Below, piece after piece: positions 50,950 to 61,990 of a stretch of DNA of 64,000 nt; the stretch's first letter is position 1; each line of letters begins with the position of its first letter. The position numbers and the translations under genes were made by a program. The stretch spans positions 2,944,001 to 3,008,000 of the forward strand of contig CAVQMM010000001.1 in NCBI GenBank assembly GCA_963713615.1, in the 5' to 3' direction. The stretch comes from an uncultured Chlamydiae bacterium (GTDB lineage: Bacteria; Chlamydiota; Chlamydiia; Chlamydiales; JAJFMA01). A model generated the notes under the pieces. The model was not told where the DNA came from. It was given only the letters and a program-made list of their open reading frames with translations, and did no database searches.

Positions 50950-53291
50950 TAGTCGTTCTCACTTCCCACGATGGTTTCCTTTTGCGAAACAACGCGATTT
51001 TGCCTGTCAGTTATGATGATGAAGGCCTTGTGATTTTCTAAGCCCTCATCTTGAACTACTACTGAACATGTTCCATCATTTTTAAATGGCTTTACACTCA
51101 TGACGATACTGGTTTTAACATCGCCTGCATAAGTTCGCAGGTCCAGACAAAGGCCAGAAGACTCTCCGTCGATGGCCACTTTACAGCGCAACCCATGCCA
51201 CACTACATCTGTGATTTCGATATGTATTCTTTCTTTTTGTTTTCCTGGAGTAACGATCAACTCTAAAGTCAAACATTCTTGTAAGCTTAACCCACCATGA
51301 GCATATTCACGACCTGTTTTATAGCATCTCACTCCATTTGGAAGGGCAAAATTCAAGCTTGAATTCCAGGACCAAGGAAAGCACTGCTCGTCTGATCTCG
51401 CGTCAGGCTTAAGTGCGGCACACCTTCCCCAGGTGTTTTCTGATAGAGAGCGTGGTAGTTTGGCTTGCGGTAGGCCGCCCGGAAGTAAAAGCCATCCATG
51501 GTCACTTACAATGCGGATTGTCTTCCATCCCTGTTCAAACAATAGATCGATTCGATCAGCGACCTTTGACAGCAGTGCATCAACATGCAATGCTAGTTTC
51601 CAACCCTGGTCGTGTCCTTCTTTATCGATATCTCCAAATTCACACCAACCTGAACCATTTGGTTCTCCATCAGTGATGCAGTCAAAGGCCTGCCAGTTAT
51701 TGTCCTTCAAAAGTTTCTTGAAGTAGTAACCTGTGAGGGGGTTTCCGGTAGATTCCACACATGGCTCAAAATTGGCATTGATGTCCTGTCCAATGATGAG
51801 GTGACGTACAGGGCTGATAGCCGGTTTACCAGTTGCGGTCACAGAGGGAATAGCAGCCCATTTTGGCTTATGTTCTACCTCGTTTCCCCGAGCTTTAAGT
51901 TGTTCAATCAAGCGCTTAGCCAGATCGAGACGTAGTCCATCAACGAAAAAATAGCATAAGCCTTGCTGGGGTTCGATCTTCTTCCAATTTTTCGAAGGGC
52001 CCCCAGGATAACCTTTTGCCTCAACCTCTTTTTGAAAGTGATGCGCTGAGTCTTCAAGCCAAGGCAAATACATGGCGTGAACTACAGAACCAACAGCCTT
52101 CAGATCTTCGGCACTACTGACACAAGCCAAAGCTCTCAACACGGCGTCATCAACCAGCCAACCAGTGCTCTGGTAAGCAGATGCAAGATGATCTATCGTG
52201 CCACTTGCTAGGCTTTGTTTGGTTCTTTCCGACAACTGTTGAATATGTTCAAGAGCTTGCGCAAGAGGCGCCTCTCCCAGTTCCGCCCAAACAAGGGCTC
52301 GTCGTTCGCGATGTTGTTCTTCAAGGCTCTTAATTCTTTGGCGCACAACAGGTGGAGTTTCATCGTTTGTTCTGATAAACTCCTTCCTTAATGAGCGTTC
52401 TTGCTCATCATTCCACTGTGGCCAGCCACCGTGAGTATCTGCGTTAGCGAAGAGGTCGTTAGATGACATTCGTGCGTTTCGAATTAGTTCTGGGATATGT
52501 GGATATCGCTTTACAGACTCGCTGAAACGTTGCCACACTGCTTGCCATGCTCCATCACGCTTAGCCAAGTGTGCGGCTCCTTTGAGAGGCCCATCTTTGG
52601 TTGGATCAAACCCAAACCGAGATTTGCATATGGCCAGAAAGCCGCGCCAGGCATTCTCATCGCGGCTGTTTTTGAATAGGTCTTCCTGATTGAGCCATTG
52701 AAGAAGATCGCGTATTGGATCGCCACCGGTTAACAGATTATTGAAATAGTCCTTATCGAGACGCCTATCTCGCAGTAGGTCGATCTCTTCATCCAACAAA
52801 AGGTAGAGGGCCGACTGCATCGCTATCTTGCAGTCTTTATCTAGGGCAACATCAAATGCCAAGCCCTTCTGACCTGAGCTAAGAAAAGCCAAGATGGTCC
52901 AGTCCTTGGCATTTATTTGGGACCAGAAGGCTCCTCGGTATTGCAATTCAGCCAATGGTTTTAGTCCTTCAGGACATGTTTCCACAGCTCTCAGCATTTG
53001 TCTACTTACACCAGGCAAGTAGAGAACAGGCGTTAGGTCTGATGAGTTTTCGAGACTTTTGTACTTACCTGCAAGAACACAACGAAGCCAAATAGCTGGG
53101 CCGGTGCGTTTTTCGGGGGTATAATCCCCAAGAACTAAAAGTTCGGGCATTTGAGCTTTCAAATGAGGGATAACTGATTCCCATTGCTGGTCGCTATCGG
53201 GCCATAATATACAAACAGGTGCAACTTGAACGTCCGAGTTATAACGGGCCGCATCACGAATCGACTCGATAAGGCGATCTACAATCTTCAT
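50949..53291 (-). CDS. pglZ: BREX phosphatase-fold protein PglZ
   Basis: FVDGLRLD, PSVTATGK, IDKEGH, SDHGW, YAHGGLSLQE. Confidence 0.9.
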   Translation of the reverse strand: MKIVDRLIESIRDAARYNSDVQVAPVCILWPDSDQQWESVIPHLKAQMPELLVLGDYTPEKRTGPAIWLRCVLAGKYKSLENSSDLTPVLYLPGVSRQMLRAVETCPEGLKPLAELQYRGAFWSQINAKDWTILAFLSSGQKGLAFDVALDKDCKIAMQSALYLLLDEEIDLLRDRRLDKDYFNNLLTGGDPIRDLLQWLNQEDLFKNSRDENAWRGFLAICKSRFGFDPTKDGPLKGAAHLAKRDGAWQAVWQRFSESVKRYPHIPELIRNARMSSNDLFANADTHGGWPQWNDEQERSLRKEFIRTNDETPPVVRQRIKSLEEQHRERRALVWAELGEAPLAQALEHIQQLSERTKQSLASGTIDHLASAYQSTGWLVDDAVLRALACVSSAEDLKAVGSVVHAMYLPWLEDSAHHFQKEVEAKGYPGGPSKNWKKIEPQQGLCYFFVDGLRLDLAKRLIEQLKARGNEVEHKPKWAAIPSVTATGKPAISPVRHLIIGQDINANFEPCVESTGNPLTGYYFKKLLKDNNWQAFDCITDGEPNGSGWCEFGDIDKEGHDQGWKLALHVDALLSKVADRIDLLFEQGWKTIRIVSDHGWLLLPGGLPQAKLPRSLSENTWGRCAALKPDARSDEQCFPWSWNSSLNFALPNGVRCYKTGREYAHGGLSLQECLTLELIVTPGKQKERIHIEITDVVWHGLRCKVAIDGESSGLCLDLRTYAGDVKTSIVMSVKPFKNDGTCSVVVQDEGLENHKAFIIITDRQNRVVSQKETIVGSEND

Positions 53292-55736
53292 TTGCCCGTC
53301 CTTGGTATTTGCTCACGGGCTGCATGTTTTTGATCCAGGGTAAGATGATGGTCGTTGATACGGTTTCCCATAAAAACTGAATACCAGGGATTGGAGCTTA
53401 GATCCTTGCCCCGGTCTTTGTTCCACTTGATATTGGGCTTGTCACGTAAAACACCCGCACCTTTGATTTTGATGTCGTCTACCAACATGAAGGGGCGAAT
53501 GTTCAAACGCACACCATCGTTGATATCTGGATTCCAACCAATTGGTTGTTTTTCGATAGATTTCCACCGAACGAAAATGTCATAGGGGTTCTCGCCTTCC
53601 AAAATTTGTTCAAGTCGTTTCCTAAGCTGGTCAGCGGCTACAAAGCGTTCTTCTGCTCCTTCAACGTTGCCTATGTTATCCTTCTGTCGCTTAATCCAAT
53701 CGCCCAAATAAGTGCAGATCAGTGCTTTGAGTGTTTTTCGGTCAAGCGTATGGTAGTTGACTAGAGCGGCAAAACCATCGTGTAACCCATCCCAGATGTG
53801 CCAAATAAAAGGGCTCTGATGAAACAACTGACAGTGCTGAACAAAAAATCTATCCCTCAGCCAGGATTCTAGTGTTTTGTCGGCATGGTTGGCTTCTTTA
53901 AGCAACTTGGCTAAAATGTCGTTTGACCAGTTATCGCCATAAGACTCTACCAAAAGATCAAGTAGAGAATCAGCAGCTGATGCGTCCCCATGGACCGAGG
54001 GTATGCATACGATTCCAGACTCGTTAGTGAACGGCAGGAGTGTGCTACAACGCTCCACCCATTCACGTTGTTGATCGGCAAGTTCTATGCTTGCATCCAC
54101 CTCTGCAGGCCAACGATAGCCCAACAGCCTGGCTACAGCGATGTGCAAAACAGAAGCCTCTATGCGCAGAGGCCGATGGGCCGTTTCTTTTTTCTTCTCA
54201 TCCCAGGCCACAGACCCACAAGGATGGCCGTGGAAAATCCATTGCGTTGGATCGTCAGAATAGGGCTTTGGCAGGCCCTTCGGATACTTATCACTTGCAA
54301 CTTTCGTCCAGTGTTTAAGATCAAATGGGACCTTGACCAAGGTAGCATTAGTCACATTTAATTTTTGGTCGATTCGTCGGACGGCTTTGCTGTATTCCGG
54401 CGAAGAACAAAAGCACCAGATGGCGGGGAGGTGGGAAGGGTCTTTCGGAATAATAGGGGCACTGTTTGAATCCCAACACTCTCCAGTAAACAGGGTAACT
54501 GGAAGATTTCTCATCTGAGATACGTGAATTCCTGCTTTTCCCCATATCTGAATACCTCGTACATATGCGCCTGGGCTGTTTACGATATCTCCTTTACCCT
54601 CTTGCCAATAAAGGATGTGTTCTCTCGCTCCATGATCTGAAGTTTTTAGAATTGTACTTAGCTGAAATATCCAATTCTTATCCGGCAAGATCGTTTCCCA
54701 AAAGAAACGACCAAACCGAGGATAATCACCACTACCCAATCCGCAGTAACTATCAGAGTAACTACTCAATAACTCAAAATTCTCAGCCTCCTCCAGTGCA
54801 ATTCGTGCATCTGGATTTTCCAATTGTTTAGCCTGCGAGACGCTTTTAATTTCTGAGGTGAGTAAGCCTGCAGCTTTTTCGGTTACAGCACGAGGTTCGG
54901 ATACATCTAGGCCGCGAATAATGTTAGTGGTAGTTGCTTCCCCGAATAGCCCGCCGCTTTGGGCGTGCATACTGCCTCGACTTATATTGATAAGAATAAC
55001 CTTAACCACCTCACCACTGATGGTTTCAAAAGCTCCTGGCCCCAATCTCGCAATCAGGTGCCAGGTTTCATTCAGCAAAAGCTTCTGTCGAAATTTTTTA
55101 TAGCTGGTTAAGAATAGCCAATTTTGTGGAAGTACAACACTAGATGTACCTCCGTCAAGGCATAGCTCCAAACAACGATCAAGAAACACTGTGGCCAAAT
55201 CGCTTTTAGCTGCTGGATACTGTTTTTCACAAAATTTTCGCAGTATATCACTCTGCTTACCACTCGTAAGATAAGGAACATTGGTGAACACCCAATGATA
55301 CTTACTCCCGAGCAAAGTGGCAGCCTTGGCCAGGCCGTGGGCTACAACGGAGGCTTCTTTCTGCTCATCCGGTTGTTCTTGATCAAGCGCCTGGGTTAAT
55401 GCAATCGATAGTTCTTCCCACCGAATAATTTTTGCTGCCTCTGTCGTAGCCGGATTGATGAGACTGCCAAGAACCGGAGCATTTGCGAAAATCTCATACA
55501 TCCACTCAAGCGCAAGAGAAAGGTTCTTTTTGCCTAGTCCTAATTGTTTCCACTCATCCTTAGCTGCATTGACAGAAAGCCCACAACAAGCGACGTTCAA
55601 TTCCGGTAAGGGGCGGTAGCCGCCAGCATCCGGATATTTCCATGCCGTGAGGGCCAGCGCAAATGCCGCTAATTCCACGCATCGCTGGTCAATTTCTAAA
55701 CCATGAAGATTTTCGGAAAGCACTCGCGTTGTCGCC

Positions 55737-56975
55737 CAGGGAAATTGCATGAAGAATTTAGTTTACGCCAAGCAACCCCAATAAGTAGCCACGGTTCCAC
55801 CCTGCTTTCGAACGGCGATTTTTAATCCCTGCCTTTGTCTTTTTATCTGCCTTTAAAATATTTAGCGTGGCCCGTCGAAGCACGGAAAAATTTTCCGCCC
55901 CATTATCTTTTCTTACTTTGCATCCATCCTCTGCATAGGATACATCTAGCTGCCAGTGCAACTGGTTCTCAATTGTCCAATGAGAGCGTATCGCATGGGC
56001 CATTTTCCTCGCATCGGACGAGAGGCTGGATATGTAAAACCGTGTTTCTGTTGAAGTTACACCCTTAATTGTTCTTGTACTCCTAACTGCGGCAAGACTC
56101 CTTAAACCTGTCCATTCTGTTTTTTGTGGTAGCCACTCAAGATCTTCACATACCCAAACTTCTCGTTTCTCAACTCGTCCTCGCGACTTTTCTTCGCTCA
56201 CAAAAAAGTCACAACCACTGGCTTCCGGTAGACCTTCAACCACTTGCTCAAAAAAGTTTTGAGCCTCAGCATGTAGATGTCCTTGATTCCCTTTTAGACC
56301 TATCACGTAGTCTCCTCCTTGCTCCACGATCTGCTTAACAAGTGGCCTATGACATCCTCCGGCATCCACTGTAATTGTAGCACCCCTAATATCGAGCATG
56401 GCAAGAAGCAAGGGAAAAGCAGTGATTTCATTGGATTTTAGCTCTGTTGCAAGCTGCCCTAGAACAAGTTGATTTTCCGCTGAAAATGCACTCACGATAT
56501 GAATGGCTCTTACATCATTTGTCGTATCGGAAGAGTTGCATAAGGTTTTGCCGTCCAAAGCGATGATGCCACCTATCGTTTTGGCAATATGCTGAGTCCA
56601 GTTAATAAAACACCGCTCAAACGCCTGTGGGTTGACAAAGCGGAAAAAGCGCGAGAAAGTGTCATGCGAAGGGACACCATCAGAACACATTTGAAGCTCG
56701 TGTAACCATTCAAGATTAGACTCAGACCATAAGCTAACCTCTACCCAATCATCAGCCCCGCAAAGTATAGCGAGGATGGCGATCGATACGATCTCGGAGA
56801 CACTGTAGGCCTGGTTTCTTGCCTTACGAGGATCTGGTAGGATTGAAAACGCGAGCATGATAGAAGTTTCTCTGACTGCATGTTGTTGTGACATTATACA
56901 TCTCCCTGATGAAAAAGAGAAGTAGTCGCAACAATTTGAAAAATAGTCAAATCATTTCTTCATGCAATTTCCCTG
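55737..56975 (-). mobile_element. ISAs1-family IS, copy B (1239 bp) inside pglX
   Basis: Same TIRs and same transposase as copy A; 10-bp TSD cgttgtcgcc. Confidence 0.96.
55758..56894 (-). CDS. ISAs1 transposase
   Basis: Protein identical to 42946-44082. Confidence 0.95.
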   Translation of the reverse strand: MSQQHAVRETSIMLAFSILPDPRKARNQAYSVSEIVSIAILAILCGADDWVEVSLWSESNLEWLHELQMCSDGVPSHDTFSRFFRFVNPQAFERCFINWTQHIAKTIGGIIALDGKTLCNSSDTTNDVRAIHIVSAFSAENQLVLGQLATELKSNEITAFPLLLAMLDIRGATITVDAGGCHRPLVKQIVEQGGDYVIGLKGNQGHLHAEAQNFFEQVVEGLPEASGCDFFVSEEKSRGRVEKREVWVCEDLEWLPQKTEWTGLRSLAAVRSTRTIKGVTSTETRFYISSLSSDARKMAHAIRSHWTIENQLHWQLDVSYAEDGCKVRKDNGAENFSVLRRATLNILKADKKTKAGIKNRRSKAGWNRGYLLGLLGVN

Positions 56976-57992
56976 CGTTGTCGCCTCCTGTGCAGAAAGC
57001 TTCTCTAATTCCATTCGTATAGGAACAAGCATCAATAGAGCAGCAACCAAAAAATGCCCTGAACCACAACATGGATCGATCGTTTTAAGATCGGCGAGTG
57101 TCTCTGGCCATTTTTCAAAGCATCCGGACGCTGGACACCATCTGCCATTTTCGTCCCTTCCAAAACGAAGGTATTCCAACGGTACATTAGGAAGCGCTGC
57201 TTTTTTTCGTAGCTCATCTTCATCTTTCGCATTTAATAGCTCAGCTTCAGATAGCCGCCTTCTTGCCCACCATGCCCCAAGAGAATTGTCGAGTAGAAAT
57301 GCCACCATGTATGGCTCAGTGAAAAGCTGTGTTACAGCTGGTAGTTCTTGTGCACCGATTTTTACCTCTGACGCGTTCACATCTTCCTTTTTCTTGGCCT
57401 GCCAGAACTGATATACCCACCCCAAGGAATCCGATGCATGAAACACTTCAGAGGGTAGGTTGGCGAGTAGAGATTCTAGTTTTTGCTGATGTTCTGGAGG
57501 CAAAGTCAATTGAAGGACCGGCGAATCTGTCTTGAAAATTTGTGGCAACATTCGCGCAGCAAAGCGTGCGGCTAGCTCCCAACCATTCCTCGCGCTTTGT
57601 TCAGAGGCTAGATCTCCGCATTCTTCAAGGCTGATTGCCACAGGGTTATCCGGATCCGGATACATTAGCAGGTTGTTTTCTGCGAGGAATCTGGCAAAAA
57701 GCATGCGATGCCAGTGTTGGTAGCCAACCTCTTCGACGAGACGATTCAGTTCTTGTGTTTCCTTCAAGGGGCAACGAATGTCACCTAGCTGACGGCCATG
57801 ACTGCGAAGCTTAAGGCGAAGCTGCTTTTCGACGTCACTTAGATGCCCATAGGGCTTGGACTCGCCCACACCAAGCTGCTCAACTGCCGCGCGCGCTGCC
57901 ATTTCAGCTACATCTCGGGCATCTCGAATTGTCCGTTCTAGCTTGTTTCTCAGCGTTTTGTCTAGTGTTTGAAAACTCATTATTTCCATCCA

Positions 57993-60900
57993 TTATCCAA
58001 CTATTACCGGACCCTTGGCTATCGCCGTTGTTAACTTGTCCTGCACCTTTTTCATCCAGGCGTCTAGGTCCGCAGCGGATCTGAGGGTCTGGCGTGGTAA
58101 TGGCACTGTCAGAGTTTTCGGTTCCAGAGCCTGAGCAGCTAGTGCGCGCGCCCGCAAAAAGCGCCCTGACAGCGCATCTATTCGATCTTTCCATACAGGT
58201 AGAGGATGTTGCATGAGTGCGGCTAACAAATCTTGATAGGTACCTAACTGAATTTCTGGTAAGTCTATGATATCGCATTTGGTTCGGATCAATGTACGGG
58301 CGTCTTCGGCTAATTGTTTCCAGGATTCGTCCATTTCCAGTTCATGTAGAGCCTTAGAGAGCTCTGTCTTGTATTTTTTTTGTTTAGTGTCGAGTGTTTT
58401 ACGCAAGGCATCTTCTACTGATTTCAAAAGCGGCACCGTGGGATCAGGATCGAGCATAAGAAGGCGATGCTCATCTATAGCTTTGGCTTGAAGTCTAGCT
58501 TCTTCAACTACCTCGATTCCACTAACCTTGTCGAGAAGGAGCTGTAGTTTTTCCCAGACCTTTATGCGAGCATCAATTTTTTGTGCCCGGTCCTTCCAGA
58601 TCTCTACAGTAGTTTTGAGTTCTTCGCGTTTGTTAAAGATCACTAGGAGCTGTTCATTGCCTCCTTCTGCGTGAATTTCATCAAGAAGGGCAGTATCGGG
58701 CCGCTCTGGCCTTGGACTTGCGCCACCGGCTTTGTCCGCTAAAATACGGGCCTTCATAAGAAATTCGGCAACCTTGTCGAGTTCTTCTCCCGGCTTAGCA
58801 TTGATATCGATCCGCTGCAGTAGCTTGCGAATGTGGATACGCTGTTCGGTGGACAGAGTGGTCGACTCAACTTTAAAGGTAGTCCCACCGATAGCCTTGC
58901 GTTCAAGATTTTTCGGATCAATGTTACGCCCTCTTTCATCCTTGGCACAGATCAATCCGGCCACGAGTAGAACCTGTAGACCTCCATCAATAGCGTCTCC
59001 TGACCACCCATAAGGGGGTGTTTCGAATTGGTTGCGAATATCACAGCCTTTTTTAGCGACTGCGATGTAAGTCAAAATCCCTTTACACACAGCATTTTTT
59101 CCAGGATCGCCATCATCACCTATTAGCTTTAGCGCATCAGGGGATCCTTGTTTAGCCTTGGTGTAGACTTTATCCCACGCTGAGTGATCTGCGATGGAAA
59201 ACTGAGGATATAGTCTCCGCAGTGAACAGTTTATGGCCTGCCGCACTGTTTCAAGTAGGTCGTCGCCGGAAAGCTCGCTACCACCACCTTGAAACACCCG
59301 AGAGTTGTTGAATGCTTCATCTAGTAGTTCGTTGATTTTGTTCTCGGCACACTTTTTAGTAGTTTCCATAGCAGCACGAGCTTCTATCCCTTCGGGATTA
59401 CTAGGTGTGCCACGTTTGTCTAAGGTGGCAATGGCTGCTTTGTGTTGGATAAAATGGTGACGGAGGTAGTCCGCAGATCGCTTAGGAATAAATACAAATA
59501 TAGTTGGTGATTCATTACCAGCTTGCCGGGCATCCGCTTGCACTGAGTTTTCGTCTATAGACCAACCATCCCGCACCCAAATGGTCACCTTTTTCTCAGC
59601 GTCACCTGAGAGTTGTGAGTCAAAAACAATATGGGCATCTCGCGAGACCTTGGCAGCACCATGGGGAGGGGATGCTTTTTTCAGTAGCTCATTGATTTTT
59701 GTACGAATACGGCCATCACGTTCGGCCTCGATACGGTGCGGTTCATTGGCTAGTTGATGTCGTTGGCTAAGAAACTCATCATTCCACGCAATGCTTTCTT
59801 CAGTTTGAATACGGTATTCATCGCCAACTTGCATCAACAGTTCGCAATTTTTCAAAAGGGAAGGTAATTTCGTTCGTAACACACTGCTTCCCTCTGATAG
59901 GTCTTCAACCATCAGTTCGGCTAACGTCTCAATTGTGGCTTTAATACCCACCTCGGTATTGCTTCCTGCAAGTTTATTGATGAGAAATATGAGACCACAG
60001 GCCCTACCCATAAGCTTTTCATCATCCGATCCTGCAACCCAAATCATGGTTTTTTCGTGGAAGTTGCGGGGAAGGATACGAGACTGAAGGAGTTTATCGG
60101 CACATTCAAAAAATAGATGGTCTGCTGCAATTACATGTCCAAGAGCTTTATCCAGGTTGGATTGGATAACTTTATGGACCATACTAAGTTGGTTTCTAAG
60201 CTGGCTTTCTGTTCCAGTACGGTCAAGAACTTGTAACGTGGTCTCCCAAAAGCGCCGCCTTACAGGCAGGATTGGATAATCTTGCGAAAAAAATGCGTTA
60301 TCGTCTTGTCTATGGCAAATTTTCGTACCTTGTAAGTGGCCTGAAATTTCACCCTGATTCATTTTTATAACCCGGTTAATCTCTTTAATTGCATCGGGCT
60401 TTTTAGCAAGAATAACCTGGCGAATTACTGCACCTACATCGCTGTCGGAAAGCTCGACGCGAATGGTGAAACGACCTTCAAGTTTTTTTAGGCTGGGAGT
60501 TCCAGTCAAAGCAGTTTGACCTGTACCAATGAAGAGAAGTTTTCCACCAATGTTTTTGCAACATGCCTCAACTACTTCCTGGACATCGATAGATCGTTGA
60601 CTGTTTTCGCCAATGTATTGCTGTACCTCATCTAAAACGATTAATGTAAGGGGAAATTTGCCATTTTTTGATAGAGACTGTTTTATGGTGGTGATCATTT
60701 CATCGTTACTGATATCATCGACCTTCGGAAATTGATTGCTCAGAGCTTCACCACAAGCAGCCTCAGATGAAAAGAGATTAGGCTTAGCCTTCACAAGTGC
60801 CTTACGCAATCCTTCGGCTACATGGAAGTTACTTAATTCCTCCTGCCAATCGTAACCCATGGCCTCTACATCTTTCGTAATTTGATCAAAGAGGCCCTCG

Positions 60901-61427
60901 TTGCAGAGCCACATAATGAATCGGGCTACCCAATATTTTTCAGGTAGACCAACAGACTTCAATACAATGCGCAGGAGAGCAAGGCGCACACTACCATCAG
61001 CACCGGCTCCAAGTGTTCCTGAGGCTGCATGTAAACCGCCATATCGTTTGGCTTGCGTATCCAATTCCTTAAATAGGTCTGCAACGGACTGCGGTAGGTT
61101 AGCGAGGATTCGGGCTGAGGTACCGTCCTCGAAACGAGTATCCACCCAAAGCGCGCGAAGCATTTTAACTAAATGCGATTTTCCTGAACCATAGAATCCA
61201 CTTATCCAAACTGCCGGCTGATACGCTTGATCGATATTCTTAAGGTACTCTTCGAGCAAATGCTGCATTCCCTTTCTATACTGTCCTTCGCATACGAAGT
61301 TCTCCAATTCCCATCGAAGCACTGCTAAAGCATCTTCACTAGTCTCGTCATTGACAGTAACTACTCCTGTGTTGACTAGCTTTCTCGTCGAAGGATCTTT
61401 TGAATAGACGTCTCGGTTAATCATCAT
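57993..61427 (-). CDS. brxC: BREX P-loop ATPase BrxC
   Basis: ENFVCEGQY, WISGFYGSGKSH, VLDEVQQYI, RF, YP, PPYGW. Confidence 0.92.
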   Translation of the reverse strand: MMINRDVYSKDPSTRKLVNTGVVTVNDETSEDALAVLRWELENFVCEGQYRKGMQHLLEEYLKNIDQAYQPAVWISGFYGSGKSHLVKMLRALWVDTRFEDGTSARILANLPQSVADLFKELDTQAKRYGGLHAASGTLGAGADGSVRLALLRIVLKSVGLPEKYWVARFIMWLCNEGLFDQITKDVEAMGYDWQEELSNFHVAEGLRKALVKAKPNLFSSEAACGEALSNQFPKVDDISNDEMITTIKQSLSKNGKFPLTLIVLDEVQQYIGENSQRSIDVQEVVEACCKNIGGKLLFIGTGQTALTGTPSLKKLEGRFTIRVELSDSDVGAVIRQVILAKKPDAIKEINRVIKMNQGEISGHLQGTKICHRQDDNAFFSQDYPILPVRRRFWETTLQVLDRTGTESQLRNQLSMVHKVIQSNLDKALGHVIAADHLFFECADKLLQSRILPRNFHEKTMIWVAGSDDEKLMGRACGLIFLINKLAGSNTEVGIKATIETLAELMVEDLSEGSSVLRTKLPSLLKNCELLMQVGDEYRIQTEESIAWNDEFLSQRHQLANEPHRIEAERDGRIRTKINELLKKASPPHGAAKVSRDAHIVFDSQLSGDAEKKVTIWVRDGWSIDENSVQADARQAGNESPTIFVFIPKRSADYLRHHFIQHKAAIATLDKRGTPSNPEGIEARAAMETTKKCAENKINELLDEAFNNSRVFQGGGSELSGDDLLETVRQAINCSLRRLYPQFSIADHSAWDKVYTKAKQGSPDALKLIGDDGDPGKNAVCKGILTYIAVAKKGCDIRNQFETPPYGWSGDAIDGGLQVLLVAGLICAKDERGRNIDPKNLERKAIGGTTFKVESTTLSTEQRIHIRKLLQRIDINAKPGEELDKVAEFLMKARILADKAGGASPRPERPDTALLDEIHAEGGNEQLLVIFNKREELKTTVEIWKDRAQKIDARIKVWEKLQLLLDKVSGIEVVEEARLQAKAIDEHRLLMLDPDPTVPLLKSVEDALRKTLDTKQKKYKTELSKALHELEMDESWKQLAEDARTLIRTKCDIIDLPEIQLGTYQDLLAALMQHPLPVWKDRIDALSGRFLRARALAAQALEPKTLTVPLPRQTLRSAADLDAWMKKVQDKLTTAIAKGPVIVG

Positions 61428-61438
61428 GTAATCCAGAG

Positions 61439-61990
61439 TTAGACTTCTTTATCTGCAGTGATGAGTACTGCATGATAATCCCAGCCATCATAGGCATCTA
61501 GAAGTCGATAGTTGTTATTTTCAAAGGTGCCTGGAAAAAAAACGGCTAGCCGGCCAATAACCATCGGGGCTAGTCTATCCACAACCTCCTTAACCTTGAG
61601 TAAACCAAAGAGTGTTCCAACACCTTTTAGGGCTACCACGCTGTTTGCATTAGCGCCCTTATTAATGAGAAATGTTCTGAACTGTTCGCTGATATAATCG
61701 AGATATTTTGGTAATAGGGTTGGGAGGTGAGTTGGTTGTTCAAAATAGCGCTCAGCATATCGCTGAGTTGAGAGCCATTCCGCAAACGTATTGGTTAAAT
61801 CAAAAACGTGCCAGTCGTGCGCAACATTGCGGGTGGCAATTTCAAATTCGTCGAACTTCGCTCGCAATTTTAACTCGTCACTTTCATCATAAACACAGAA
61901 GATTACGCGTTGTGGCGGTGCCGCATCCTTACGCCAGGGGACTTTAATAAAATTGCTGTAAGATTCGCACAAGCGATCAACTTTACTCAC
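61439..61990 (-). CDS. brxB: BREX protein BrxB (DUF1788-like)
   Basis: GVGTLFG, LAVFFPG..E...YRLL...DGWDY.A; operon position. Confidence 0.85.
   Translation of the reverse strand: MSKVDRLCESYSNFIKVPWRKDAAPPQRVIFCVYDESDELKLRAKFDEFEIATRNVAHDWHVFDLTNTFAEWLSTQRYAERYFEQPTHLPTLLPKYLDYISEQFRTFLINKGANANSVVALKGVGTLFGLLKVKEVVDRLAPMVIGRLAVFFPGTFENNNYRLLDAYDGWDYHAVLITADKEV

Larger units (their letters stand above)
53288..57989 (-). pseudogene. pglX: BREX adenine methyltransferase PglX interrupted by ISAs1
   Basis: N-part has LGWVYQFWQ, TQLFTEPYMV and motif I DPCCGSGHF; C-part has GLEID and motif IV NVPY; removing the IS and one TSD copy restores an in-frame 1150-aa ORF. Confidence 0.92.

Noticed and set aside
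42925..56975. Composite transposon that delivered the enclosed genes
   Set aside because: Each IS copy has its own TSD and one splits pglX, so they inserted separately after the island arrived
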